DNA of 63,575 bases, filler included, from Globobulimina sp. (GCA_003354225.1; 19 parts of 19 records of this genome joined end to end with filler, not necessarily neighbours in it), one strand, 5' to 3'. Positions 45,825-59,476 are shown, counted from the whole stretch's first letter. Numbers and translations are program-made. Notes: generated by a model not told the origin, from the letters alone.

Positions 45825-46827
45825 TCATTGTTTTCCGATATTAATTTGTAATACATCCGATATCGTTGACGGCCGTTGAACCGCAAAAACATTGCCACCA
45901 AGACTCACCTCGACTGTCGGTGATAAGTCCTCCAAATCCAAGTCGGATATTTTCTTCCCTTTATAGTACAGCTCCTCATCTCCAGACATACTTAAACTCA
46001 CTGATGTCCCTGGAAACGCCTCCGCCGCTGCATAGTCATAACCGCGTAGACGATCTGCGTCCTCCTCCTCTTCGCGTTTCTCTTCCTCTAATCTAGAATC
46101 ACCAGCGCTAGCATGGTCAACACTGATTGGCAACACACGATTACAAAACATGCAGGTCTCGACCTGTTCGCTTAATACTTTAAATATACATATTATTACA
46201 AGGAAACAAATGGAGGAGAATATTATAACAAGCAGCATGATTCCGGAGTGTGCTTCCAAATCATCAACATCTGTATCGTTTACATGTGTGCCAAATAAAT
46301 ATATTTCATCGATAAAACAGCGGCTGTCTGTTTTATTTATACTGTTTTGAGTGTTTTCGGTTAAATAAAATCTGATTTTGATGCTCTCAGAATGGTTGAA
46401 TAAAAGTAAGGGTTGGATAGTATTGGTCCACTCGTTATTCTTTAGGGCTCCATACTGTGTTAATAATGTCCAATTGTTATTATTTTGAGTGTAGTAGGCT
46501 TGGCAAACATCGTTAGGCTGCAACAAAAATGGTTTAATTGAATATTGCAGTTGAATGTCGGTATGATTTGTAACGGAAATGGATACACTTGTGATCGCAT
46601 TCCCAGCTTCGAGTTGAAAACACCATCCACTGACACATTCACTATTGGATAAGCTCACTTTTTCTAAATTAATGTCTGACATAGCTAGGTCTGACAGTTG
46701 TGGTTCTGACATATATGTTTTTATCCATCCTGCAGACGAAGAGCAGTTGTCATAATAAAAATTTTCTTCATTTGGTCCGTTATGAGCGTAAGATTGATGA
46801 GAAGAAACTGTGTGTTTAATAACCATA
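45825..46827 (-). CDS. Single-pass type I membrane protein, 5'-truncated
   Basis: Beta-sandwich-like ectodomain (CFIDEIYLFG), one TM, acidic tail. Confidence 0.55.
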
Positions 46828-46927
46828 NNNNNNNNNNNNNNNNNNNNNNNNNNNNNNNNNNNNNNNNNNNNTTAATTAATTAANNNNNNNNNNNNNNNNN
46901 NNNNNNNNNNNNNNNNNNNNNNNNNNN

Positions 46928-48449
46928 ATTGGTGATGATGTTTGCCAATTCACGCAGCTGTTGCATGGCATTGGTATATATCCTGCTGACTATTTAAATC
47001 CATCCACATTATATTCCACCTATTTTACCTCTACAAATTTCTCCAACTTTCAGTACATTGTGCCAGATACAGCGGAATTCAATGTGACCCATATAGTTTA
47101 TCAGACTTTTCAATCCCGGAACGTGACAGAGGTCTACTTTTTTGGTGCTCCCGACATCCAATATCTCAACAATTTGTCGCAGCTCATTGGCAGCACTGCT
47201 CCGTACACGCTTCAATTATTTTTGTTCACCAACGTATTGTGGTACTTTCTCGATTTTGAAGCAAGTTGGGAGCAAACTGCCAAAATATCTCGCCGTGACT
47301 TTTGTTATCAATGGACCGTTGACCAATTTCCCTTTGTGTTTGGGTACATAACTGGGAATACATTGTATTCTGATACTACGTTTGCAGCGGTTACAGATTT
47401 AGTGAGCAGCGTGCAAAATGATGGCATATTGCAATTAATTCAACACTCAGAGTGGTTGGATGAGGAGTCGCGTGCACATGCAATCAGAAAAGCTAGTACT
47501 ATGCAGCTATTTGTTGGGTATCCAGATGCGGTGTTCAGTGCTGAAGGGATTAGTGAGTATTATCAAGACGTGGAGACGTTAGATGCCAGTTCATGGCTAA
47601 ACAATGTGCAGAAAATGAATGATTGGTATACTGCACAGACCATTCAGTCATTTGTGAATAATGTATTTAGCATTTTAGACGAATGGCCCATCATATTTTC
47701 ACAAAGAGATGCATTTAAGTATTGGCTAACTGGCGTCAATGCGTTTTACTATCCCGGTCCTCCCGTGGACACTGCGAATTTCTTTACCATTCCAACCACC
47801 ATCACGCAACTTCCTTTTTTTCATTTTGAATATCCCTCAGCTGTTAATTTTGGTGGACTTGGTAGTATTTGTGGCCATGGTATGTTTTTCATAGCAATTG
47901 CATTGTAATTTTGATACAAATGTTGTGTGATATATATGTGAATTGAATGTAGAAATGAGTCATGGATTTGACCCTGTTGGCTTTCAATATGCTTTTAATG
48001 GAACCCAAGTTGGGAGTATTTTGAGTGATGTTGGCACAGAGGAATATTATGAGAAAATAAAGTGTTACATTCGTCAATATGATACATTGCCAGTTACACG
48101 GAATGCAGATTTATATGATAATGGCACGGAAACACAAACAGAAAACGTTGCTGATAATGTTGGATTACGAGCATCATATTTAGCATGGCAAACATATAAA
48201 AATACGATACAGGAAAACAGTGCATTGCCCGGAGTGGATTTAAACGCGAAACAATTGTTTTTTTGGTCTTGGGCACATGGTTGGTGCGACGTAAATAGGC
48301 CCTCTGCGTTTGACAATTATACAAATGTACATAGTCCACATTATGATCGGGTGATCGGATCGTTGCAAAATAGTCAAGAATTTGCAGATGCATTCCATTG
48401 TGAGGATACATCATATATGAACAATGAAAATAAATGTCAGTTATGGTGA
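46928..48449 (+). CDS. M13 (neprilysin/ECE-like) metallopeptidase, 5'-truncated, intron 47880-47952
   Basis: VNAFY; splicing restores GHEMSHGFD (HExxH); ENVAD; HSP; C-terminal C.LW. Confidence 0.93.
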
Positions 48450-48587
48450 TGTTAAATTGTCTGTTGTTTAATACTAATGTTGATTTTAATTACTTTGTAA
48501 TTAGTTTTTTTGTTTGGTTGAAATGTGAGTTGTGGAGTGCAAGGATTTTAAGAGAAGTTTTGTAACAATCTACAGAAATAAAGAATC

Positions 48588-48994
48588 ATGGCTTGTTCAT
48601 TAGGGTGTTGTGGAGGATTTTGCTTATTCGTATCAATTATATGTGCGATAATGCAATTTGTATTCTATGGGTTGCTAAATGCGGATAATCAAAGAATAGA
48701 TATTGGAGACTCATCAGACGACAGAAATGATTATAAAAATACACCATTGATTACTGGCATCATATATTGTTTGTAAGTTAACAACAAAATCCAATATCAA
48801 GTTACATTACAATTATACAAATAAAAATAACCACAAACACAAAAAGGTTCGTGGTAATATCTGTCTTTTGTATTATGGCTCGAAAAAAAGCAGTCGATTT
48901 TGATGCTAACGGTGGAACCGATGAAAGAAGTTCTTTGGTGGATAACAGTGATGCTTATACTTTTGACCAGCGGATCGGACCAATAAATGACTAA
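48588..48994 (+). CDS. Small two-TM protein resembling RNase kappa / V-ATPase subunit f, 2 exons (intron 48773-48846), 110 aa
   Basis: Cys-rich first TM (CCGGFCLFVSII); second TM (LITGIIYCLFVVISVFC) restored by splicing. Confidence 0.5.
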
Positions 48995-49158
48995 AAACAA
49001 AAATAGTATCGATGATTAATTGTATAATAAATAAAACTCAACAGGAAGTCTTTTTTTTTTAGCATTCAAATTCTTGTATAATTACGAGTCACAATTAAGT
49101 CATGAAACATGCCAACAAAACAAACAAATACTAATTAAATAACAATGAAAGGACATCA

Positions 49159-50177
49159 TCAATCAGATGAATAATACAAGGAATCAAATGTAGATGATTT
49201 TGCCAACAAATTCCGAATTATTAATCCATTGTACCACTGTCTCAAATGTGGCTGATTATCATCACTATCATTATATGGTATAAATACATCATGTTCATGC
49301 ATCGCAATTTGTTTTGCGTCATAAAACACAATGTCAATATACCGCACCTCCTCTCGATACTCCTTCAATGCAATAATGAGCCAATCTCTTTTCTCCGATG
49401 TCCCCAAATTATAATAATTATCATTTGCATTCCAAATGGATACAATCTCGTTCGTTATCAGTTTGATATTCGTTCCATTCGAGGTCTTATTTTTCATCAT
49501 CCACTTCGTCAGAGACAACTGGCGATACTCTCTCATTCCACCACAATACAACGCCAGCAACACACATAAATCCCATGAAAACGCATTAATATATTCCACT
49601 TTTTCACACTGATTATAGATAGTTTCGGCAATGGTAGTCTCAGACACAAAGCCATACAGTTTGAGATGCGAATGTTTATTATTCCTCGGCGTCTGCAACG
49701 GCCATGCTTTCTTACATGGATTATATATCGATTTGCTACTCGCCAATCCAGACGAGGACGATATGGAAGGTAACACCGTGAGATACGAATTGAACCATCC
49801 AAAGGCAATATCTTTGGAAGAGGAGCCTAATGACCACAGCGAGTTACCCGTAGTGACATCGATCACATGCAAAGCGCCATAATCATTCAGATTGCCGCTA
49901 TATTGGTCGCCATGACGTAATAGATTCTCTCCTGAATGGTCGTCATGCAACATTTGCCCGGTGGACTGATAGAGTATCTTATCGCCGTCGCGGTTGAATA
50001 ACAATTTGATGCATAACGGATTTATACCAAAAAAACTGCCCAATACATACTTGTCTTTTTCGTGCTGGGTCTCACTTTGCCGCCGGATCACTTCCCTATA
50101 TTTTGTAGCGCCGTAATGGTCGGCCGTGGGACAATGAAACTGCTCCAAATCATAATTCTCGCCAAATATGCAACGTA
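49159..50177 (-). CDS. Hypothetical protein, 5'-truncated
   Basis: 329-aa ORF close to the contig edge; no recognised motif. Confidence 0.4.
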
Positions 50178-50277
50178 NNNNNNNNNNNNNNNNNNNNNNN
50201 NNNNNNNNNNNNNNNNNNNNNTTAATTAATTAANNNNNNNNNNNNNNNNNNNNNNNNNNNNNNNNNNNNNNNNNNNN

Positions 50278-52982
50278 TATGGATAATGGTGACAGTTTTA
50301 TTCCTGATTTGATTGTAAAGAATAGCCTCCAATAACTGCGCATGGATTTGGCCTTTATTTTGGCTAAATGAGCTTTAAAGTTTAGCCTTTCATCAAACCA
50401 AAGGCCCAGATATCTGGCAATGCGTTCATATTTTAATGGGATGGAATTGATGAGATATTTGCTTATTTGTTTCTTTTTATTCGTATTGGGATCAATTTGT
50501 TCTGTGTATTTGGGATAATTTTTCATAGGATTGCTGTGGGAGAGGTTCATGGAAAGGCATTTCGATGGATTTATCATTAGCTGCCATTTCTCACACCAAT
50601 CCCCAAAGTGATCTAGCTCTTTTTGGAGGAATTTGTAACGCATTGGATCCTTTGATCCGGGACTAGTCCAAAATGCAGTATCATCTGCAAAACAGGCAAA
50701 ATGAACAAAATTTGGATATTTGATATTAAAGTCATTGGTGAAAAGTATATATAGGATAGGAGACAGCGCCGATCCTTGCGGTACTCCAATTGGTTGAGCA
50801 ACCCAATTGGATTCCGCCTTTTTTGCAATAACTTTTGTGAATCTGGTCTGGATAAAAGAGGCCAGAACATGTAGCATATTGCCATTGATATTATTTTTAA
50901 TTAATTTATATAAAAGTCCATTGTGCCAAACGCTGTCATAGCTTTGGAAAAGTCGGTGAATACAACGTCAGTATCACTGACCATATCAAATGATGTTTGT
51001 ATATCAGTTATAAATGTTGTTAGGACATCATCACAGCAGCGGTTTATTTGAAATCCACATTGGTAATTGTCAAATATTCTGTTTTCCACACAGAAGTGCT
51101 GAAGTCTGTTTGCTAGTATCTTTTCGAAAACTCTTCCTAAGCACGAAGAGACAGCAATGGGTCTGTAGTTTTTAGGATCACTGTGATCCTTTTTTGGTTT
51201 GGGTATTGGCAGAAGGTGGGAGAAATTCCAATATCTTGGAAATACTCCATTGGTCATACATTTATTAAATAGTGGTAGCAAACAGTCAATAAGTGGCTCT
51301 CCACCATGTTTGATCATTTGATTATGTATTCTGTCAGGTCCGTATGCTTTGTGTGTTTTTAGGTTTCTTATAACTGATCGAATTTCATATTTTAGGATGG
51401 GGTCATTCAGTATTTGGTATTTGTTATTTGGAATTGGGATCTCTGTGTTTATTTGTGATGGATTTTGTATTCTGGATTGCTTATTTTGGTTTGTTTTATC
51501 CCTTTTAATATCGTGGACATCACTGTGTATATTCGGGGAGTTTCTATTTTTATTAAGATATTCTGGTACAAACTTATTAACATATTTGTGCCATTCATTA
51601 TGTATCGGACTAGTTTTAGGTTTTGGTGGTCTGGTCATAGCCTCTTGGAGGGCTTTTGCCTGCTGTTTAGGATCAATTATATTGCTTTTATTTTTATAGT
51701 TTAATGGCGGGATGTTATTTGTATTGATGTCATTAGTTTTATTATTAGAGATTGTGCGCCAGAAACGGCGACCATAATCTTTGCAAGTTTGTATATAATT
51801 ATTTAGTTTCTTATTATGGGCAGCTTTAGCAATTTGTATGGATTTATATTTTTTTGATTGCAAAGCATTTAATTCAAGTTTTAATCGCTTATATTTTGGA
51901 TATATATGGAAATCAGTATAGAAACGCTTTGCTTTCCGCTTTAGTCTTTGCATTCTTCGACGAAGCCGTTTGCAGCGTTTCTTTAAGTTCTTTATTTTAT
52001 TATTCCACCATGGTTTATGGCCACGGTAATAGTGTTTGTATCCAATGGTTTTTTCAGCGGTATATATAATGAGATATGTTAATTGCTCAGTATATATATT
52101 CGGATTTATATCAAATTTAGTTTCGTTTATGTTTGTTTCCAGTTCCTCTGTATATTTGCTCCACTTTCTTTTGTCCGAGAGGTTTCAGGTTTTTTTTATC
52201 TCACTAAAACCGAAAACGTGCTCGACTCCAAAAGTGGTGGCAATGGGAACGTGGTCTGAACAGTTTTCATCATACAAAGAATGGAGGATATTCCATTTAG
52301 TATGTTTCAAATTATTAGAAATTAATGTCAAGTCTATTGAGGATTTTGTATTATATGATTTATGAATATGAGTATAGGATGGATTTGTCACATTTAATAT
52401 TTGCATGCCAAGGAAATCCAAACCATCAACAAAGTTATCGGATTCAATGGTTGATTGGTTACTGCCCCATATCATATTTGGTATATTAAAATCGCCCGCA
52501 ATTATATTTTTGTCAACAGTCATCGGATAATTGAACAATTGATCAATATTTAAATTCCTAGGACAGTTATACAAGGAATGAATTCCAATGTTTTTGTCGC
52601 CGCTATGCAGTATTACACTGGAAATGTGGCAGTTTCTTGTACGGTCATTATGGTTATAATTTGGAGGAGATTTTATCGGAGTGACTAGTAATGATTCTCT
52701 ATAAAGGATTGCTGTTTCCGTTCCCGTAAAATGAACTTTATATTTTGGAAATAGCTCAATTGGGAATCTAACTGAATGCGTTTGGTTATTGGAGTCCGTA
52801 TAAGTTGCATTGGTTGGAGTTACTGCATAACGTAACGTGGCACTCCATTCTTGAATGAGAAGGAAATCAATCTGCTTTGAGATCATTATTTGGTGCATTC
52901 GTTTACATTTATTTTCTTGCGACATTTTTGAGGGACTTATTATCCCATTGACATTATATTGTAAAATATTGTATTTAACCAT
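50278..52982 (-). mobile_element. APE-type non-LTR retrotransposon ORF2 (endonuclease plus RT) with two inactivating lesions
   Basis: APE: ILQYNVNG, IQE, AGDFN, IDLTL, SDH. RT: NYRPIAV, QCGF, DFSKA, GVPQGSALSP, FADD, YLG. In-frame TGA at 52185-52187 and a 1-bp deletion near 50940. Confidence 0.93.
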
Positions 52983-53725
52983 TATTTAATTTGTTTGTAG
53001 AGCATTTTTGGAGGAAGTTTGTGTGTCGTTTGTGTCTGTCTTCAAGTTTTTTTCCCACACTGATAAGATAATTGAGTTGTAATTGAATTAAATTGCGTTG
53101 CCGTGGCAACAGTTTTATTAGAGTCAAAAAGGAAGAAAATTGATTAAAAGTAGAGTATTCTATGGTGGTTATCAGATTGCAGTGAGATAAATTCTCAAAG
53201 TGCGAATCCGGGACAATAGAATGGTCTCTGTCTTTTTTAATATCAATTACAAAAATAAAGGCAGTGTATCGTTGGGGATAAAAAAGATAAACAGAATGGA
53301 TGGCAATTGTATAAACTATAGAAAAATTAGAGAAAACCAAATAATTATAATTATATTTACATATATCACATATGGAGACTTGTGTGAGTGCTAAAACCAA
53401 CGTTCTAATCATTCTACGTCTTTTCTGGTATCGGGCTTTTGTTTTTGTCGTTTTTTAGTTTTTGATTTTTTCCTTTAATTCTTGAATGGTAATTGGTATT
53501 TTTTATTGTTGTTATTGATCGCTTGCTNNNNNNNNNNNNNNNNNNNNNNNNNNNNNNNNNNNNNNNNNNNNTTAATTAATTAANNNNNNNNNNNNNNNNN
53601 NNNNNNNNNNNNNNNNNNNNNNNNNNNTAGTGGAAATCATATTTAGGATCGCCAATCTAAAAGACAAGTGTAGACATTGGAGACATGAAATGTAACGGTC
53701 TCGAAAATCACTTAGTTGAGCATAG

Positions 53726-54583
53726 TCAATTTGCGTTTTTGCGTCGGCGTCTTCTATGGGCCGGCTGTCGGCGACTTGGATACATTTTTAATTCCAAAGA
53801 TTCTTTGTCATTTTCAATGATTAGAGGGAGTTTTGTATCGCCTCTGGTAAACACATTAAAGTCTGAAGGGGGAATCGCAGGGGTAACGTCCGACGGATTT
53901 GATGCTAATTCATTTGGCACATCACACTGTTTCCAATCAAGCGCATAATATAATACATCCATTTTCGTAATAATATTAATAGTATATTCTGCGACGGGGA
54001 TACTCCAATTCGGAGCCTGATTCGGCATTGATACAGTCTCTCTAAATCCCACTCGCAATACATTTTTATCGCGCAAATCCAGGGAGTCTTTCATATGATA
54101 TACTTTCTGTCTGCTGACCGGGATTAATCTGCCCTGAAATTGGACTTGTTTCAATGAGATATTTACATCGATTAATTTATCGTTTTGAGTTGGTTGCTGC
54201 GTATCATTTGCACTCTTTTTAATATGATTGATCTTTGCCAAGTTATCATAGTCTTTTGGGATCATAGTAATGCGGAAATGCGATGGATCTGTATACATTA
54301 TATATAAAATTATATTAAGTATATGGTATCTATAGGTATTTAGTGGGAATTCTATGGTTATTCTATATGTAATTATTTTTAGCATTTTGGGGGTAGTTTT
54401 TATTAAATTTATGTGTGATAATAATTGATAATTCAATATATGTTTATTACATTCTTTTGTATAGTTATTAGCATTATTACCGCAGGTAATATACAGAAAT
54501 ATAGAAAAGGTGCAAAGTTTACCTTGTATAGCTGCGGAGAGAACAAAGTTTAGAAAGAAAAGTAGTTTGTAAAATGATAGCAT
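53726..54583 (-). CDS. Secreted hypothetical protein, probably 2 exons (intron 54522-54289), about 207 aa
   Basis: Signal-peptide exon ending G|gtaaac; AT-rich 234-bp in-frame intron candidate ending tacag. Confidence 0.45.
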   Translation of the reverse strand: MLSFYKLLFFLNFVLSAAIQGKLCTFSIFLYITCGNNANNYTKECNKHILNYQLLSHINLIKTTPKMLKIITYRITIEFPLNTYRYHILNIILYIMYTDPSHFRITMIPKDYDNLAKINHIKKSANDTQQPTQNDKLIDVNISLKQVQFQGRLIPVSRQKVYHMKDSLDLRDKNVLRVGFRETVSMPNQAPNWSIPVAEYTINIITKMDVLYYALDWKQCDVPNELASNPSDVTPAIPPSDFNVFTRGDTKLPLIIENDKESLELKMYPSRRQPAHRRRRRKNAN

Positions 54584-55281
54584 CCGAAGTAGGATGTCTA
54601 GGGGGGAGGAATTGATTTCTTAGTATTTTGAAGATTCTTTTTAGGCGCGCCCCCTCGACGTGAAAAACTTTGTTTTTGGAAACACATTACCCAGCCACGA
54701 TTTTACTGAATATGGGTAAAATACTAGTGCTAACATCATGAATCTTTGGTTCAACATGTCATATATTGAACTGTCTGTTTATAAAGATTTTTAAAACTTT
54801 TTTGGAAGATTATCACAGAAATCCATACTAGCCTTTAAAGTCAAATAAAAAGGAACGAAGAATTACGTCGCAATGGAAAGTAATTACTTACATCGACCCT
54901 ATTTTGTCCAACAACCGGTGGCGAGAATGTTGAGCAAGAATCACAACAGAAATTTCCAGCCAATTGAAAAAACAGATGATATCGATAACACTCCAACTGA
55001 GTGTCCCACTATGTGTCCCTCACAAGGCACACAGTCACGGTCATATCCCTCCTTATAAATATAATAAAAATAAAAATAAAACAACACATTGTCTCTGTCT
55101 CTGTCTCTGCGGGCAATTCATCAATAAAACATGGCATCAAATCCAGCGACATCGGGCAATTTGCAAATTCACATGTTAAGTGACCAAGAAATCAAACAAT
55201 TTCTATAGAAATTTCTTGTAATTTGCATACATAGTTTTTTGCTGTCATGGTTGTTTAAAAATATTTGCAGATCGTCAAACG

Positions 55282-55806
55282 TTGATAAATCATAAAAAAA
55301 ATGCAAATATTGCTTCCAAATGCAAATGCATGTTAAATACAGCAAATACAGCAATTAATTTATTTGGCATTGAATGTGATTTTAAAGAATGTGAAAGGAT
55401 ATTTCATAAAATTGGAAAATTAAATAAACACAAACAGAGAGTGCATATACGGCCATTTGTTTGCCGATTTAATAATATTTGCAATAAACAATTTGGCACA
55501 AAACAAAGATTATTAATCCATCAAAGAATACATATTGAAAATAAATGTGAAATTTGTAAATTTTGTGAAAAAGCATTTATTGATCCGACTACGCTAAGAA
55601 ATCATATATTTAATGTCCATCAAGTTTTAAATCTATTTATTTGCAGAATATGTCATAAAAAATTTAAACAAAAAGCACCTTTAAAATTTCATTTACAAAC
55701 ACATTTAGAAGAGAAGGATCGACATTTATTCCCATGCACATACTGCAATAAATTATTCACCGTCAAATCAAATCGTAACAGACATATTAAAAATTGTCAT
55801 AAATAA
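55282..55806 (+). CDS. C2H2 zinc-finger array protein (5 fingers)
   Basis: Repeated C-x2-5-C-x3-F-x5-L-x2-H-x3-4-H motifs. Confidence 0.85.
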   Translation: MINHKKNANIASKCKCMLNTANTAINLFGIECDFKECERIFHKIGKLNKHKQRVHIRPFVCRFNNICNKQFGTKQRLLIHQRIHIENKCEICKFCEKAFIDPTTLRNHIFNVHQVLNLFICRICHKKFKQKAPLKFHLQTHLEEKDRHLFPCTYCNKLFTVKSNRNRHIKNCHK

Positions 55807-55912
55807 TTTTCTTTTTTGTTTTTGTTTTGTTTTATCAGCTTTTTTGAAAGGACGACTCCGAGGATCGGTAAAAATACGTGCTTTAATTACAACAATTACG
55901 GACAAATACAAT

Positions 55913-56536
55913 TTATTTTGACTCATCAACAACTTTATCTTTTTTATCTTGCTCTGCTTTCTCATCCTTATTTCCATCGCTTTGCATTTCTTTTTTCTCA
56001 TCTTGTTTAATTTCTGATTTTGGGATAACTTTATATTCATTTTTATTTGTATTAGCCGCAGGCGCAGATTTAGCTAAATTAATATTTGGTGGCATTGCTG
56101 TTGAATGTGGCAAAGGTTTTGATTTTCTCGGTGGTGTCGTCACCAATCGCTTCCCTCTGAAACTTGGCGGTACATAATTCATTGGCAATTTGTCCGGTAA
56201 TTTATGTCCTTTCTTGGCTCTATCAATTAAATACATACATAGCGCAAACTCCTCATTGCCCATTTTTCCATCTTTATCCAAGTCCGATAGTTTCCAGATC
56301 CGTTTTAAAATATCATTGTTCAAACCCGATTTCACCAAATATGACTTCATTTGGCCGCCATTGGCTTTGCCATTCCGCATTTTAGGGACTCCGAACCACA
56401 AACTATCATATTCAAACTGCTTATTCTCTTCGTAAATTATCCATTTTGTATTATTATTTTTCCAGTAAGCTTCCTCTTCTTTGCGTTGTGCCGCAATTCT
56501 CTCTGCTTCAGATATCTCTTTTTCTTTTGGCGCCAC
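55913..56536 (-). CDS. EH-domain protein, C-terminal part
   Basis: SGLNNDILKRIWKLSDLDKDGKMGNEEFALCMYLI...LPDKLP. Confidence 0.85.
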   Translation of the reverse strand: MAPKEKEISEAERIAAQRKEEEAYWKNNNTKWIIYEENKQFEYDSLWFGVPKMRNGKANGGQMKSYLVKSGLNNDILKRIWKLSDLDKDGKMGNEEFALCMYLIDRAKKGHKLPDKLPMNYVPPSFRGKRLVTTPPRKSKPLPHSTAMPPNINLAKSAPAANTNKNEYKVIPKSEIKQDEKKEMQSDGNKDEKAEQDKKDKVVDESK

Positions 56537-56977
56537 ATATTTTTCAAATCCATCATCTTCCTCAACATTATCATCGAGATCAGAACTCGAATCATCATCA
56601 TATAAACCCGACGCTCTGCGGTGTGACGGCTTAGCTTTTTTAGCCTCATTTGTATTTTGAATATTTGATTTTTGCGTTTTCCATCGATTTACAATCTCTT
56701 GTTGTGTTTCTTCCCTTTCTTGCTCCGAATCACTGTCACTTTCATCCTCCCAAAACTATGTACAATATATCGATCATAATATATAAATATATAAATATAA
56801 ATTATACTATACATTTGATGGCAGCGCATTTGTATTTTGTGTCGTTTGTTGTGTGTTGGTATATTTTGTATTGTTGCNNNNNNNNNNNNNNNNNNNNNNN
56901 NNNNNNNNNNNNNNNNNNNNNTTAATTAATTAANNNNNNNNNNNNNNNNNNNNNNNNNNNNNNNNNNNNNNNNNNNN

Positions 56978-58620
56978 TGTAACGTCATATATTTGCAGAA
57001 TAGAGAGAGCGTATTGCGTTTGATTTAGGCCACCAACAACATATATTTTATCGAATCCATTGGAGGTAATGCACGCAAACGTAACTCTGATGAATGGATT
57101 GAGCCCAGTCCAGGATACTTCTGTTATGCTTAACGTGTTTAGATTAATTTTGTATGATTTATATAATAAATCCCAATTTTCGCCGTTCCCCCAATTCATA
57201 TGTCTGCCAATAATAAACATCTCGTTCGTACTTTCGAGTACCTGGCCACAATTCACTGCACAGGTAATATCATTGCTAATTGCGATGTTTGTAGTTTCCC
57301 ATTCGCCATAGCCAGAGGAGAGTGGATAAATTGGTGTGCGTATAATATTTTTTTTTGCTGCTGATTCGCCCCAACCTGTTCCATATAAAAATATTATTTT
57401 TTTGGTATAAAAATCTTTGGTCATTCAAAATAAATAAAAATAAAAATAAAAAAAAAGATAGAATACCAACCACCGACAACATATAAATAGTCGTTATAAA
57501 CACCATAGGCTCCAACAGCACGTATTGAGGGTAATTTATAATTTGATGTGACCACGAAACTGATCGATGCGTCAGTTGTTGCTGCAGTGGATATTTGACC
57601 ATATTGAATGATATTAACATACGCATTCGCTGCTTTATCTATATTATTTCCAGTGATACCGCCATATATTTTGAGAGTTGTGTTGACAACAATAGCGGCC
57701 GAAGCACAAATAGCAACATCCAAATGACTGTCCGCATTGGATAGATAAGTAAAAGAGTCATCGAGGACATTAACAGTATATACATCATTATAAAACAAAT
57801 CAGGATCACCATTGATCAGTCCACCACCAAAATATATTTTGTTATCCGCACTGGAATAGGACGAAAAAACGCTTGTTCTCCCGGAATGCCCTGGAATATA
57901 ATTGCGAATATCCGCAATGTTTGTATGTGGTATATTGGTCAAAGTGTTTACATTTCGTAAATCTAATTTTCTGATATGATACAAATTGACGACTCCATCA
58001 GGAAAGAAATAGATTGCCTCTTCATAATATTGGCAGGATCCTTGATTAGTTTTGAACGCGATCTGTTTAGTAATCCATGTGCCTGTATTTGCATTTACAT
58101 CATAGATTTGCATAATTTGTGGATGAGACTGAGTTATATTCATTCCTCCAACGACATAGATTAAGTTGATGTTATTTGAGGCAACGCATGCTTTGGTTAC
58201 GCGAGTGAATCCATTCCATGTCATTTCTGTAACGGATAAGTTTGGTAGATCGATTTTGTATGATTTATATAAGGTTTCCCAATTTTCGCCATTTCCAAAA
58301 TTCATATGTCTGCCAACAATATACATTTCGTCTCTATCTTCAAATATTACCCCACAATTTGGACAGCAGAAAATATTGGATGAGATTGGAAGAGTTTTGG
58401 TGGTCCAGTGGGTGTAATTCGGTGCATTCTCAAATATTGGCGTGTGTGTGATATCATATTGACCGGCAATGTACATTTCGTCATGGTAAATGCCATATGC
58501 TTCGCAACCTCGTGTTCGGTCTAATGTGTAAGCAGTATCACCAGTTGTGGGATAAACATTAAATTCTAATGATGATGAAATGATTATGAATATAATAAAT
58601 GATGTTATTACGTTTTCCAT
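56978..58620 (-). CDS. Secreted tandem Kelch/galactose-oxidase-type beta-propeller protein, spliced (intron about 57470-57376), 3'-truncated
   Basis: Signal peptide, YVVGG blades, internal duplication EMYIVGRHMNFGNGENWETLYKSYKI / EMFIIGRHMNWGNGENWDLLYKSYKI. Confidence 0.75.
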
Positions 58621-58703
58621 TTTGTGTGCTCACTGTGCTGACTGGATTATTCGGTTGTCTTTTAGCTAGGTACGTACTTCAGTAAATAAAACAATGAGTA
58701 ACA

Positions 58704-59189
58704 TCATTTAAATACATCATCATCTTCTTCGATTAGCAGAGGCGATTCAACAGCATGTACTTGTGTAGAAGTTAAATGTTGTGTTAATGCGTGAGTGTGT
58801 TGTTCATTTTGTTCATTTTGTTCATTGCCTTGTGACGAGAAAAAGAATGGTGGTGGTAATACAATATGAGTCCACTTACATGAATTTGTTATCCATGTTA
58901 CAAAATATACCAAAGATATAAATCCAATGTATGCTCCTCCAAATAATCCAAATCCCCACGGATCTATAACTAACAATGCATTAAACAAAAACACTACACT
59001 TCTCCCTAATAAATGTTGATAAAATGGTATTTGTCGAAGTAACCATTTTGGAATATAAAATACCATAAAAACAATAATCCCCCCAAAAAATATCACATAT
59101 ATTGGAATTATAAATCCTTCAAAAGAATCCTGATAAAGAATAAATCCATATATAATTTGTATAGTCCCTGTATTTATTGTTCCGTTCAA
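58704..59189 (-). CDS. C-terminal part of a multi-pass membrane protein
   Basis: Three hydrophobic helices and an acidic tail; start unclear. Confidence 0.4.
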   Translation of the reverse strand: MNGTINTGTIQIIYGFILYQDSFEGFIIPIYVIFFGGIIVFMVFYIPKWLLRQIPFYQHLLGRSVVFLFNALLVIDPWGFGLFGGAYIGFISLVYFVTWITNSCKWTHIVLPPPFFFSSQGNEQNEQNEQHTHALTQHLTSTQVHAVESPLLIEEDDDVFK

Positions 59190-59476
59190 GTTTCAACGCC
59201 CATAAAATATAATTATTACATGTACATTTATACCTGCGACCAAATCCAACACATTGAAAAGTGCATTTGCTCCAACTGCAGGCATGATATTTGATGAACC
59301 ACCAAAAAAAAAACGTTAATTTTGAGTACTAAAAAAAATCCAAGATTTAACAAGAAGAATTTTATGTTTTTCCTGCTTAATTCTGTGTGTTTTGGCAGAC
59401 GCAACAGAGTGAATTCAATCATAGATCAGATATAAAAACGAATTTATATATCAACAGTCAAATTTTGTGAATAGAT

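Noticed and set aside
52185-52187. TGA=Trp alternative genetic code
   Set aside because: Many intact genes end in TGA (for example at 4889 and 48449) and use TGG for Trp; the same element also carries a frameshift.
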